From Agathobacter sp. (lineage in GTDB: Bacteria; Bacillota; Clostridia; Lachnospirales; Lachnospiraceae): a stretch of DNA of 64,000 bases. This document shows, piece after piece, positions 1-9,545 of this stretch. Under the pieces are notes generated by a model that saw only the letters and a program-made list of their open reading frames with translations, had not been told where the DNA came from and ran no database searches. Each line of letters starts with the position of its first letter. The first letter of the stretch is position 1. The stretch lies in contig JAXJWH010000136.1 of assembly GCA_036308125.1 (NCBI GenBank), forward strand, positions 23,499 through 87,498. Direction: 5' to 3'. The position numbers and the translations under genes were made by a program.

Positions 1-68
1 TTTAATCCCTTTTTATGAAATACATTAATTGTTGCATTTAAAATCTGTTCCTTACGTTCTACCATCAT
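1..68 (-). CDS. TetR/AcrR-family transcriptional regulator, N-terminal fragment; the gene runs off the left edge
   Basis: Reverse-strand ATG at 66-68 is preceded by AGAAGG. Translation MMVERKEQILNATINVFHKKGL resembles the start of a TetR HTH. Only 22 codons are visible. Confidence 0.4.
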   Translation of the reverse strand, partial: MMVERKEQILNATINVFHKKGL

Positions 69-281
69 GCACCGCCTTCTAAAATTGTCACTTTATATTT
101 TGTATATACTTTTTTTGTTCTCATTATAGCATATACCGGAAACTATTTACAAGAAACTATATTTACAAAATTGTTTCCATTTATTGTGCATATTAGCAAG
201 ACAAAATTGAAAATATTCGCTATAATTATAGTATATGTATTTTAACTATTTATTTTCAAATGAGAAATTCGGGAGGTTAAA

Positions 282-1628
282 ATGAAAACACTTTACATCG
301 AATGCAAAATGGGCGCTGCCGGCGATATGATTATGGGGGCATTATATGAGCTTTTAGACTCAGAACATAAGCAAAAATTCATAAATATGATGAATACTTT
401 GTTTGGTTCTGATATACATATTCATCCAATTCAGACAACTCAATGTGGAATAGCAGGAACTCACATGGATATCAGCGTTATCGGAAAAAAGGAACACGCA
501 AACAACTCATCCATTATTGAGATAACTAATCCAAATGGTGATTCATCTGTATCTGAAGATACCAGAAAATACGTTGAAATTACCACCGGACACATTCATA
601 CCCATTCTTTAGGAAAAACGGCTGAAACTGCCGAACACCACGAACATTATACATATGCAAGTATTTTGCGAAAATTAAAGATTTTACCACTTCCGGAATC
701 GATACGAGAAAATGCCACTTCAATTTACAAAACAATCGGAGAAGCTGAAGCCAGCGTTCACGATGTTGATTTAAAAGATATCCATTTTCATGAAGTAGGT
801 TCCATGGACGCAATTGCTGATGTCTTAGGATGCTGTATCCTGTTTTCAATGATAAATGCAGACCAGGTTATTGTTTCCCCAATTCATGTGGGTAACGGCG
901 TTGTCGAATGTCAGCATGGTATTCTTCCGGTACCTGCCCCTGCTACAGCAGAAATACTTAAAGGAATACCTTATTATACAGGCTCAATTGATTCAGAGCT
1001 TTGCACTCCAACAGGAGCTGCAATACTAAGACATTATGCAACTAGATTTTCAACAATGCCAATAATGACTGTTGCAAAAAGTGGAATAGGATTTGGCTCA
1101 AAAGAATTTCCGGTTGCAAATGCAGTTCGCACTTTTCTGGGTGAAACAATGAATATACAATTTTCCACAAAGGATGCCCAGGAGGAAAATTCAACAGATG
1201 ACGAAAAAGTTATAGAATTGCTTTGTAATATTGATGATATGACCGGAGAAGAAATCGGTTTCGTTATGGATATGCTGTTTCAAAATGGTGCTTTGGACGT
1301 ATATTATCAGCCAATTCAGATGAAGAAAAACAGACCGGGAATTATGTTAAGCTGTCTTACCAAAATGGATAAAAAAGAAGATTTGACAAATATATTACTA
1401 AAATATACCTCAACAAGGGGAGTCCGATTTCATACTTTCGGACGTACCAGTTTAGAATCCAAAATTGAAGAAATCCCCACTAAATATGGGACAATTCATA
1501 AGAAAATAAGCTATGGTCATGGCATAGAAAAATATAAATACGAATATGAAGATATTAAGGAAATAGCAATTAAAAATGATATTTCAATAGACACGCTTCT
1601 TAAAGAATTATATTCAGAAAATAAATAA
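282..1628 (+). CDS. larC: LarC-family nickel insertion protein (DUF111; pyridinium-3,5-bisthiocarboxylate mononucleotide nickel chelatase)
   Basis: N-terminus MKTLYIECKMGAAGDMIMGAL, a His-rich insert (HIHTHS..EHHEH) and the C-terminal MKKNRPG motif are typical of LarC. RBS GGGAGG lies upstream. Confidence 0.8.
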   Translation: MKTLYIECKMGAAGDMIMGALYELLDSEHKQKFINMMNTLFGSDIHIHPIQTTQCGIAGTHMDISVIGKKEHANNSSIIEITNPNGDSSVSEDTRKYVEITTGHIHTHSLGKTAETAEHHEHYTYASILRKLKILPLPESIRENATSIYKTIGEAEASVHDVDLKDIHFHEVGSMDAIADVLGCCILFSMINADQVIVSPIHVGNGVVECQHGILPVPAPATAEILKGIPYYTGSIDSELCTPTGAAILRHYATRFSTMPIMTVAKSGIGFGSKEFPVANAVRTFLGETMNIQFSTKDAQEENSTDDEKVIELLCNIDDMTGEEIGFVMDMLFQNGALDVYYQPIQMKKNRPGIMLSCLTKMDKKEDLTNILLKYTSTRGVRFHTFGRTSLESKIEEIPTKYGTIHKKISYGHGIEKYKYEYEDIKEIAIKNDISIDTLLKELYSENK

Positions 1629-1634
1629 ATTAAA

Positions 1635-1669
1635 ATGCGTAGTAACCACAAGTTACTACGCATTTTGTT
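1635..1669. terminator. Bidirectional rho-independent terminator between convergent larC and the amylase gene
   Basis: Perfect 12-bp stem atgcgtagtaac / gttactacgcat with a 5-nt loop, flanked by an A-run and a T-run. Confidence 0.8.
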
Positions 1670-1680
1670 ATTTTAGCATT

Positions 1681-4600
1681 TTATTTCTTATACTGATCTT
1701 TTACATAAGTATTAAATATGTCCATTAATTTTGTGATATAAGATTTAAAATTAATTTTTGTTGATGGCTTATCATTTTTAACTAAGATGCTTGTACCACC
1801 CTTTGAAGTAGCTGGTATAGTAATCTTAACTTTTCCATTCTTATCAGTTGTGTATGTCTTTCCAGTATATAAATCTTTGTATTTAACACCCTTCTTGCTG
1901 TCTACCTTAACAGTAACTTCTTTATCTGTTGAGTTAAGATTTAAACCAACGTAGAGTGAATTCTTATATGATGTACGCTTGAATACTTCATACTTCTCTT
2001 CATCAGAAGCTACAACTTTTTCTCTGTTACCCTTTGTGAAGATATCTTTGTACTGGTTTCTGATCTTTAATAATTTCTTGTAGTGATTAAGCATACTATC
2101 CTGATCTTTTGCCTGTTTTTCTGCTTCATCCCAATCGAAATCATATCTGTTTGTCTGGTATGGATAATCATTTGCACCATACTGTCCAAGTTCTTCACCG
2201 TAGTAAATAATTGTCTGTCCCTTAGCTGTAAGCTGTAAGCTTGCTGCTACCTTGAATAAATCTAATGCTTCGTCTTCTTTAAAACCATTCTCATTGATAA
2301 GTTTATAAACAAGACCGTCCTCATCATGACTGCTTAAGAAAGAACCAAGAGTAGCTGTGTTATTAAGACTCTTATTTCTATTCTCTAAGAATGTCTCAAC
2401 AGATGAAATGTTTCCATTTACGAATGACTGTGCCTGATCATTAAAATCAAAGTCTAAAACTGAATCCATTCTACCTGTTCCAAGCATTTCTGCATTGTTT
2501 GCATATCCTGCTCCGGCATACTCACCAATCATCTTGAACTGTGGATCAATTGCTGTTAATTCATTTTTAAGAGCTGACCATGTTGTCTTGTCAACATGTT
2601 TTACAGTATCAATTCTGAAGTAATCAATACCATATTTCTCAACCCAGTTTGTCTGCCAGTCAATAAGCTGGTCTCTTACTGCTTCGTTTTCTGTAACAAA
2701 ATCAGGTAATCCTGAAAGTGATGAATAAACATCATCTCCTGTGATTGTGTTGCTGTCATCACGAATCATTGGAATGTAATTTCCATCATCGTCTTTTAAC
2801 AATGTGTTGAAGTAATCGCTTGTCTCATATCCTGCATGGTTAAGTACAACGTCTACCATTAACTTCATACCGTTCTTATGAACAGCTTTGATTAATGAAG
2901 AAAATTCCTTTTCTGTTCCTAAGTGTGGATTTAATTTTGTAAAATCATCAGCCCAGTATCCATGGTATCCTGTTGATTCAATTTCTTCATCTTCTTTTTC
3001 TGTTGTTGTATCGCTATTTGATACAATTGGAGTAATCCAGATTGTATTTACTCCTAGATCCTTTAAGTAGCTTAATTTCTTCTGTAATCCGGCAAAGTCA
3101 CCACCATGATAACTTAATGTACCTTCTTTATCTACGCCTTCGTTGTTGTTACTGTTTCCATCAAAGAATCTGTCAGTAACTGTGAAGTAAATGTTAGCTT
3201 CATCCCAGTCAAAATCGCTTGTAGTTTTGCTTACAACATTTACATAAGCATTAGCTTTGTAAACATTTCCGTAAATATCTGTTACAGTAACTGGAAGTTT
3301 CTTCTTACCATTTTTAACTGTATTTAATACTGAAATTGATAATTTCTTTAAAGAAATATCTACATCAGATGTAGCACCACCTAATGCCTTTAAATCAACC
3401 TTAATGCTCTTAATTTCATCATCTGTAATCTTTTTAGCATCATCGCCCTTGAATGAAACGCTAAGAACGTTATTTTCATCATAGCTCATGCCTTTATTCT
3501 TAACAGATGCTGAAACTGTTAATTTACTAAATTTCTTAAATGTTAATAACGAACATTCTTTTTCTTTGTATGTTGTTGTCTTGTCATTATATGCATCTAA
3601 AACAACATTTCCATTTACTAAATAATAGTATGCGTAATCACCTGTCTTGCAATTTGTTAATGAATAGTAATATCTTTCATTTTTGCTATCATATTTCATT
3701 GAATATGATTTTCCATTAATTACGACTTTAACTTTTCCTTCAAGTGATGACTCTTTGCAATCCTTTAAAAGCATGTCATCTCTATAGTAGAAATCAATCT
3801 TGTTGTCAGAACCTTTGATTTCATAACCTTTGTTATAAGCAAGTGTTGATACAACACCTTCGCCCTGAACGAATTTAGCCTTAACTACGTTCTGATCTGC
3901 TGGTACTGTTACGTAATGGTCACCGCCATCTTTTGACTCCCACATATTCTCTTCTGTAGAATGTCTCATACAAAAACCAAGGATGAATTCTTTTTCAGAA
4001 TCCTTAACAGGAACTACAAAATAATGCTTACCATCAATTTCTTCAGTGTAAATTTCTGTTCCACTTCCGAATCCGCTGTTCCATGAATAAATGTTCCATC
4101 CTGAATAATCGTTATCTGCTCTCTCATATTCAACTACAACATAACGATCTCTTAATTTCTTAATTTCAGGAAGAGTTGTATATGTATTTGAATCATCACC
4201 GTATACAATATAAAGATCAGTAACTGCTGCCTTATCTGTATTCTTGTAGTAATGATTTCCTGTCTGCCAAGACCATTCTCCGTAAGATCTTGGAATCATT
4301 CCTAAATCTGTAGCAGTTGTTTCAAAAGATGCCTTTAACCACTGTTTTCCATCTTCTAATGTCTCTAATGAAGTAAACTCAATGGCTCCAATATTTCCAG
4401 CGCCTTCTTCCCAAACCCATAAATCAGTGCTGTCTGTTGCCATATGACTTAAATTAGTATCATAGTAATATACATTATATGTATATTTTTCAGGTTCCTT
4501 ATTTGGATCATAATCAGGATCTAATGTATCAATAATAGTTGTATACTCCTTGTCAAGATACCATGTTGGAACATTGTCTGTTTCTTTATCGAACTTACAA

Positions 4601-5010
4601 TATAAATCTGTAGGCTCATCACCTGTGCAAAATTCCATAGCTTTTGAATAGCCTTTTCCTGCTGTGTTAGCATCAGGATTTGCATAATCTAAAAACTGAA
4701 ATCCGCTAAAATCTTTACCTTTGATTGTAAGTGTATACCATCCGTCACCTTCACTTTTAAGTTTAGTAACGTCTACGCCCCATGACTCAAGTGTTGTAGT
4801 TTCACCTGAAACTTCAGCAGTTCCTATTGGCCAAAACTGCAATGCTGGTTCAGCCCAATCATAGGTGTTGTAAAAATGTAATCTGAGATTTTTCTCGCCA
4901 CTTTCAGCTGCATAAGCTGTTGTGTTAACTCCTGCTGGAAACAGGGAAACAACCATAGCAAGTATTAGCAGACATGCTAAAACTTTTCCTTTCCTAAATA
5001 ATCTTCTCAT
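1681..5010 (-). CDS. Secreted multidomain GH13 alpha-amylase/pullulanase-like enzyme with long N-terminal accessory (CBM/Ig-like) region
   Basis: Signal peptide ends in AYA-AE. GH13 conserved regions are DVVLNHAG, YFRIDTVKHV, MIGEYAG and FLSSHDE. There is no C-terminal cell-wall sorting signal. RBS GGAGGTAGG. Confidence 0.85.
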   Translation of the reverse strand: MRRLFRKGKVLACLLILAMVVSLFPAGVNTTAYAAESGEKNLRLHFYNTYDWAEPALQFWPIGTAEVSGETTTLESWGVDVTKLKSEGDGWYTLTIKGKDFSGFQFLDYANPDANTAGKGYSKAMEFCTGDEPTDLYCKFDKETDNVPTWYLDKEYTTIIDTLDPDYDPNKEPEKYTYNVYYYDTNLSHMATDSTDLWVWEEGAGNIGAIEFTSLETLEDGKQWLKASFETTATDLGMIPRSYGEWSWQTGNHYYKNTDKAAVTDLYIVYGDDSNTYTTLPEIKKLRDRYVVVEYERADNDYSGWNIYSWNSGFGSGTEIYTEEIDGKHYFVVPVKDSEKEFILGFCMRHSTEENMWESKDGGDHYVTVPADQNVVKAKFVQGEGVVSTLAYNKGYEIKGSDNKIDFYYRDDMLLKDCKESSLEGKVKVVINGKSYSMKYDSKNERYYYSLTNCKTGDYAYYYLVNGNVVLDAYNDKTTTYKEKECSLLTFKKFSKLTVSASVKNKGMSYDENNVLSVSFKGDDAKKITDDEIKSIKVDLKALGGATSDVDISLKKLSISVLNTVKNGKKKLPVTVTDIYGNVYKANAYVNVVSKTTSDFDWDEANIYFTVTDRFFDGNSNNNEGVDKEGTLSYHGGDFAGLQKKLSYLKDLGVNTIWITPIVSNSDTTTEKEDEEIESTGYHGYWADDFTKLNPHLGTEKEFSSLIKAVHKNGMKLMVDVVLNHAGYETSDYFNTLLKDDDGNYIPMIRDDSNTITGDDVYSSLSGLPDFVTENEAVRDQLIDWQTNWVEKYGIDYFRIDTVKHVDKTTWSALKNELTAIDPQFKMIGEYAGAGYANNAEMLGTGRMDSVLDFDFNDQAQSFVNGNISSVETFLENRNKSLNNTATLGSFLSSHDEDGLVYKLINENGFKEDEALDLFKVAASLQLTAKGQTIIYYGEELGQYGANDYPYQTNRYDFDWDEAEKQAKDQDSMLNHYKKLLKIRNQYKDIFTKGNREKVVASDEEKYEVFKRTSYKNSLYVGLNLNSTDKEVTVKVDSKKGVKYKDLYTGKTYTTDKNGKVKITIPATSKGGTSILVKNDKPSTKINFKSYITKLMDIFNTYVKDQYKK

Positions 5011-5022
5011 ATCCTACCTCCG

Positions 5023-5049
5023 TTTTCGTACTTTTCGTACTTTTTCGTA
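5023..5049 (-). repeat. Three direct copies of TTTTCGTA (mRNA sense TACGAAAA) at 9-10 nt spacing in the amylase 5' leader
   Basis: Copies start at 5023, 5032 and 5042, directly upstream of the RBS of the 1681-5010 gene. Function unknown. Confidence 0.5.
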
Positions 5050-5213
5050 ATTTATTATAATCTATTTTTTTACAGCTTAATAGTGGTATAATACAAGAAA
5101 ATGAATCAATTTTTTTGTATATTTTTACCAAATTTTATCTATTTTAACTTTCTTTTACTATTTCTGCACACCAAATTAAATCCTGAAATAATCAATATTA
5201 TATGCATGTTAAC

Positions 5214-5243
5214 AAAAAAAAGCCTGCTAATGCAGACTTTTTT
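5214..5243. terminator. Probable terminator at the end of fibre operon 1
   Basis: A-run, imperfect 7-bp stem (agcctgc/gcagact, one mismatch), 4-nt loop and T-run. It overlaps the stop codon of the 5227-5697 ORF. The stem is weak. Confidence 0.4.
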
Positions 5244-5697
5244 GTGTAATATCATCTTCAATTTCAAATTTTCTTGGACTCATGTCTATAGAAATATTCT
5301 CCGGATATCTTTCGTGTGCCTCTAAAATAGTAAGCCACAAAGAATGTATACTATAAATTAACATATTAGATGCTTCCACTGAAAAATTCAATAATGCCTC
5401 TAATTCGAATACTCTTATTCCAAGCGGAGGAAGAAATACTAAATTGTTGCTTTTCTCCTCTTCACCATTACTGTGTATCATCTCATAAGTAATAATCAGA
5501 AATTCTTTTCCTTTAAATGTACAATTGTATGATACAAATACCTCATCTACCACCCACTTTGTTCCGTCTTCTTCTACGGTAACTTTCTCTTCATTATACT
5601 CAGATGTCTGTCCAATTATCTTCCATGACAATTTTCCTAACTTTGTTTCTTTAATCATTTCCTGAAGATCTCTTTGTAATTCTTCTTCTTTCTTCAT
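5227..5697 (-). CDS. Hypothetical protein, no signal peptide; last gene of fibre operon 1
   Basis: 156-aa ORF, 27 nt downstream of the peptidase-sortase fusion gene. No family recognised by eye. Confidence 0.5.
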   Translation of the reverse strand: MKKEEELQRDLQEMIKETKLGKLSWKIIGQTSEYNEEKVTVEEDGTKWVVDEVFVSYNCTFKGKEFLIITYEMIHSNGEEEKSNNLVFLPPLGIRVFELEALLNFSVEASNMLIYSIHSLWLTILEAHERYPENISIDMSPRKFEIEDDITQKSLH

Positions 5698-5724
5698 TCC
5701 CCTTCTCCTTACCTGTCTATTATA

Positions 5725-6945
5725 TTAATATATATATGAATCTATCAACACGCCATGCACAACAAATCTTTCTTCCCCATTTGTGCATGTGGACAATGTT
5801 ACTATTTTATCGTCAACTGATACATTCACTCCAGTATTATTATACGAAATTTTATTTAGGTAATCAATATAACTTTCAAACTCCCGATCGTTTTTTTCAA
5901 ACAAAGTATATACTTTATCGGAATTTAAAACTTTTTCATAACCAAAAATCTGATATCTGTATTTCTTACCATCTAATACAATTTGAAAATACTGATGATT
6001 CTTGTAATACTCCTCATCCTGATAATAGTATCTTAATTTTCCAAACATGGAAAGATCCTTCATGTTATGACCATATAATATCGTATGTAAATCCATAAAA
6101 TCAGTTTTATTTCCTGCTTCCATAAAAATAGAACCCGTTCTTGAACTTCTATTATCCACTGAAGTATACAAATATCTTTCATTATCTCCGGAATAAAGCA
6201 CCGGATAACTGATATCTTCATCCTCGAAAAATATCCATCCTATTATATCCTGATTTTCTTTTTTCAAATCACTTATATCGATATCTATATAATTATACCA
6301 TTCTTTTTCCTTTTTTGAATTATCCGATACCTCATCATTCATGGTTTCGTATACATCATTTGATTTTTTTAAATCACTTATATAATCAATCACCTTATAT
6401 GCCGAAAAACAAATTAATGCTATTCCTGCAATAAAACACAGCGTATGTACAATTTCTTTATTATTGCTTCCTTTATTTATCTTTTTGATATCAGACGAAA
6501 TAAGTAAAATCGAACCTAGCAAAAATACCACAGCCATGAAGATTTTGCCGTTTGCACTGTTAAATAAAAAAAGCCAAACCGCTGAATTTCTCACACAAAA
6601 TCTTACTTTTCCAATTACATGCGAAAAATGTACCTTGTCAGCATCAAACTCATCATTACCATCACCTTTGGTAATAAGTAATCCGTCATCATCATCAACC
6701 TGACATACTCTGTGGCTTACAACATTATTTCTATCTGTTCCAATATAAAATGCCACCACATCTCCTGACTCAATTTCCTTTGGAGCAGTGCTATCAACAA
6801 AAATAACACTGCCCTTTGGAATGGTTGGCTCCATACTTGAAGTTTTTACTTCATATATGTTCCATCCTATTATGTGAGGTATTGAAAAAGGTATGGCACA
6901 TACACATATAAACAAAAGACATATTTTTCCAATTAACTTTTTCAT
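5725..6945 (-). CDS. Fusion protein: SipW-type (S26B, archaeal/ER-type) signal peptidase I domain + two TM segments + class B sortase domain
   Basis: The N-terminal half has TSSMEP (Ser), VSHRV (His) and KGDGN. The C-terminal half has IIGWI..ISYPV..DNERYL..GSIFME..ILYGHNM..MFGKL, then TLSTC (Cys) and ERFVVHG (Arg). A K-rich loop between TM2 and TM3 fits both domains facing outward. RBS AAGAAGG. Confidence 0.75.
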   Translation of the reverse strand: MKKLIGKICLLFICVCAIPFSIPHIIGWNIYEVKTSSMEPTIPKGSVIFVDSTAPKEIESGDVVAFYIGTDRNNVVSHRVCQVDDDDGLLITKGDGNDEFDADKVHFSHVIGKVRFCVRNSAVWLFLFNSANGKIFMAVVFLLGSILLISSDIKKINKGSNNKEIVHTLCFIAGIALICFSAYKVIDYISDLKKSNDVYETMNDEVSDNSKKEKEWYNYIDIDISDLKKENQDIIGWIFFEDEDISYPVLYSGDNERYLYTSVDNRSSRTGSIFMEAGNKTDFMDLHTILYGHNMKDLSMFGKLRYYYQDEEYYKNHQYFQIVLDGKKYRYQIFGYEKVLNSDKVYTLFEKNDREFESYIDYLNKISYNNTGVNVSVDDKIVTLSTCTNGEERFVVHGVLIDSYIY

Positions 6946-6955
6946 ACCTTCTTAA

Positions 6956-7567
6956 TTACCAACCAATTATTTCATTTTCACTATTAACCACCGGCTCAAA
7001 ATTCTCACTTTGAACAGCTTCAGCCTGAATAGTTACCTTAAATGATTTACCAACTTCTTTTTCATCCCATTCGCATGGAATAAATGTCTTGGTAAATACA
7101 GGAACATTAACATTCTTATTCTCATTACTTTCTACTATATCATTGTAATAATAATATCCGTCAGAACTTAATGTCCATCCGCTTTCTTCGGTATTTAATT
7201 TAATCTTATCCAATTCATCTTTAAGACCATCTTCTTTAGAAAAATCTTCGCCAACTCCTTCGATAGATATTTTTGCTCTGATATACACATCTTCTGAGTC
7301 TGATTTTACAATAACTAATGGTTCTTTGCTTATTTCATCTCCAGGTAAGATATCATTATATATGATTGATTTAACCAGATTATTTTTTCTTTTAATAATC
7401 TTAGCACTCTCATCTGTAGTCTTTTCTGTAATATCAATATCAACCTTACCTGCTACTATCTCACTTTTTTGTTCATCAGTATCCGTAAAATATGCAAGTG
7501 TACCACCTAATGATATTGTGGCAACAACTGCTGCCGCCAAGGCAATAACAACTACTTTCTTTTTCAT
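6956..7567 (-). CDS. TasA/CalY (camelysin, Peptidase_M73)-like secreted protein with SipW-cognate signal peptide
   Basis: MKKKVVVIALAAAVVATISLGGTLAYFTDTDE followed by AGKVDIDI. No C-terminal anchor. Confidence 0.7.
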   Translation of the reverse strand: MKKKVVVIALAAAVVATISLGGTLAYFTDTDEQKSEIVAGKVDIDITEKTTDESAKIIKRKNNLVKSIIYNDILPGDEISKEPLVIVKSDSEDVYIRAKISIEGVGEDFSKEDGLKDELDKIKLNTEESGWTLSSDGYYYYNDIVESNENKNVNVPVFTKTFIPCEWDEKEVGKSFKVTIQAEAVQSENFEPVVNSENEIIGW

Positions 7568-7582
7568 ATTACATCTCCAAAT

Positions 7583-8386
7583 TTATTTATTATTTAATTT
7601 TGTTCCACCAGACAGCTTTAATAATTCTTCCTTTGCCAAATCATAATCTACATTTCTTGCCTGTATCATATAACCATCTACATCAATGTTAAATGAAGGA
7701 AGTCTGCCAACAACACTTTCTACCAGTTTTCCATCTTTTAATACATAATACTTATTTGAAGAACTATAATTTTCTGTTGTTACATTTGTAAGTATATAAT
7801 ATTTTCCATCAACTGTTTTTTTCTCAACTGTAGCCTTGTCATATTCACTCTTTGTTACCTGAGTATAATATTTTTTACCTGAATTTGAAGAACTAATTGT
7901 AGTTTTTATACCAGTATTGATTAATACCTTGTCAAAAATCGGATTTGTTCTTTCATTAGGTTTCAACGTAGACTTATACATATATATTCTATCGTTTCCA
8001 TTTACTCCGATTAATTCATAATCTTTTGTATTAAATCCTTCTTTTCCGTTGGATGTCACAGTCGCATAATCACTTTGGAATTTCTCATATGTTATACTTT
8101 CATTCTCTAAAGAAATTGATACCTTTACCGCAACCCATGCCTCAATGGAATTGTTATCATTTATAATCTGAGGATCTTTATTAATCAAAGTTCCTGGTAC
8201 ATATGAACTTGCCTTTTCTTCATCATAATTTGGTTCTTCTAATTCACCATGTATTCTGTTATCCATAGTGATTATATTCTCAACCTCAGACGTTTCATCT
8301 GTAAAATATGCCATTGTCCCGCCTACAGACAATACTGCAACTAAAGCTACCGAGCAGGCAACTACTTTTAAATTTCTCTTTTTCAT
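7583..8386 (-). CDS. TasA/CalY-like secreted protein with SipW-cognate signal peptide
   Basis: MKKRNLKVVACSVALVAVLSVGGTMAYFTDETSE. RBS GGGGAGG. No C-terminal anchor. Confidence 0.7.
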   Translation of the reverse strand: MKKRNLKVVACSVALVAVLSVGGTMAYFTDETSEVENIITMDNRIHGELEEPNYDEEKASSYVPGTLINKDPQIINDNNSIEAWVAVKVSISLENESITYEKFQSDYATVTSNGKEGFNTKDYELIGVNGNDRIYMYKSTLKPNERTNPIFDKVLINTGIKTTISSSNSGKKYYTQVTKSEYDKATVEKKTVDGKYYILTNVTTENYSSSNKYYVLKDGKLVESVVGRLPSFNIDVDGYMIQARNVDYDLAKEELLKLSGGTKLNNK

Positions 8387-8399
8387 AATAATGCCTCCC

Positions 8400-9044
8400 C
8401 TAGTTCTGATAAATTAATTTTCCACCTGATGTCGGATTACTCCATGCATCATTTGCTGCACCTGAAGTTGTCTGTATTGCATCTACTAAAACATCCATTT
8501 CCAAATGTCCCTCATCCGGTAAATCTGATTTATCTACACCCTCTTTAAGCTCTACCGAACTTAAAAGATAATCTGTATAGCAATCAACATCAACAATTCC
8601 TGTAAAATAAAAATATCCGTCATCGCCTTTTACCCATTCACCGTCAACATCACTGGCATCACCTTTGTAAATGGAATTATTCAGGTTCAAATTATATTTA
8701 AGTAAAGATTCTGCATCAACAGGAGCGATTACTTCTTTACCGTCCTTTGTAGTTACCCATGTTGCTACATATTTTGCTCTTACATAAATAGGTACAAGTG
8801 AAAGTTCGCCATCCAAAGTATCATTCTTATACCTTACAACCTTATTCACTGAACCATCTCTTATGTCGCCTGATTCAAATTTTTCATCAATTGTGACATT
8901 TACGATTGCATGTTTAAATATATTGTGAAGTCCATTTGTTTTAAATGTTAAATATGCAAGTGTTCCACTAAAACTAACTATTAAAATACCAATTACAGCT
9001 AAAACCGATAAACTCAGTTTCCGCTTTTTTGTGGCCTTAGACAT
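8400..9044 (-). CDS. TasA/CalY-like secreted protein with variant SipW-cognate signal peptide
   Basis: K-rich n-region, hydrophobic core, then FSGTLAYLTFKTN and VNVTIDEKF. It overlaps the upstream sipW by 31 nt. Confidence 0.6.
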   Translation of the reverse strand: MSKATKKRKLSLSVLAVIGILIVSFSGTLAYLTFKTNGLHNIFKHAIVNVTIDEKFESGDIRDGSVNKVVRYKNDTLDGELSLVPIYVRAKYVATWVTTKDGKEVIAPVDAESLLKYNLNLNNSIYKGDASDVDGEWVKGDDGYFYFTGIVDVDCYTDYLLSSVELKEGVDKSDLPDEGHLEMDVLVDAIQTTSGAANDAWSNPTSGGKLIYQN

Positions 9045-9541
9045 TTCTTCTTTCCTTTCTCTGATTCTTCACCCCAAATCAAATCGCCTATATACATTAG
9101 AATTACCAAACATATAATTGCAGTAATATATAATATCTTTCCTGATTTGTGATTAATTTTATCAGCAAAAAAACCTATTTTCGGAATACAAATTATTGGT
9201 TTTCCAATTACAGAACTAAATCGTACTGTTGAAGCATCCACTGTTTCATTTGCATCTCCTTTTGTTACATAACACTTATTTTCTTCATCTATAGAAGCCA
9301 CCCTGTGTGTTACAAGTGTCTCGTCATTAACATAAAAAGTAATTGTATCTCCTACTTCAATTTCATCTGAAGACACAGGTTTAACAAATACCATGGAACC
9401 TATAGGATAATTAGGTTCCATACTTCCGCTTAATACAATTAAAGGCTCAATTTTGAATATCATTGGCACATACATCACTGCCACCAGAATAATTAGTATT
9501 GATAATGCCAAACCTGTTGTATAATTCCATATTTTTTTCAT
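9014..9541 (-). CDS. sipW: SipW-type signal peptidase I (S26B)
   Basis: LSGSMEPNYPIGSMVFV, VTHRV and KGDANE, with N- and C-terminal TM segments. Size (175 aa) is typical of SipW. Confidence 0.8.
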   Translation of the reverse strand: MKKIWNYTTGLALSILIILVAVMYVPMIFKIEPLIVLSGSMEPNYPIGSMVFVKPVSSDEIEVGDTITFYVNDETLVTHRVASIDEENKCYVTKGDANETVDASTVRFSSVIGKPIICIPKIGFFADKINHKSGKILYITAIICLVILMYIGDLIWGEESEKGKKKCLRPQKSGN

Positions 9542-9545
9542 AACT

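Noticed and set aside
5101-5325. A 74-aa plus-strand ORF in the spacer upstream of the amylase gene.
   Set aside because: It is an AT-rich, F/L/I/N-rich translation with no RBS. It overlaps the 3' end and terminator of the 5227-5697 gene, so it is most likely non-coding.
8400-8445. NPTSG near the C-terminus of the 214-aa TasA-like protein, resembling a sortase-B NPxTx motif. The 267-aa protein has a similar SGG-x-KL tail.
   Set aside because: Only 8 residues follow the motif, and there is no hydrophobic segment or basic tail. It therefore does not form a sorting signal. It is noted only as a possible lead for the fusion enzyme's specificity.
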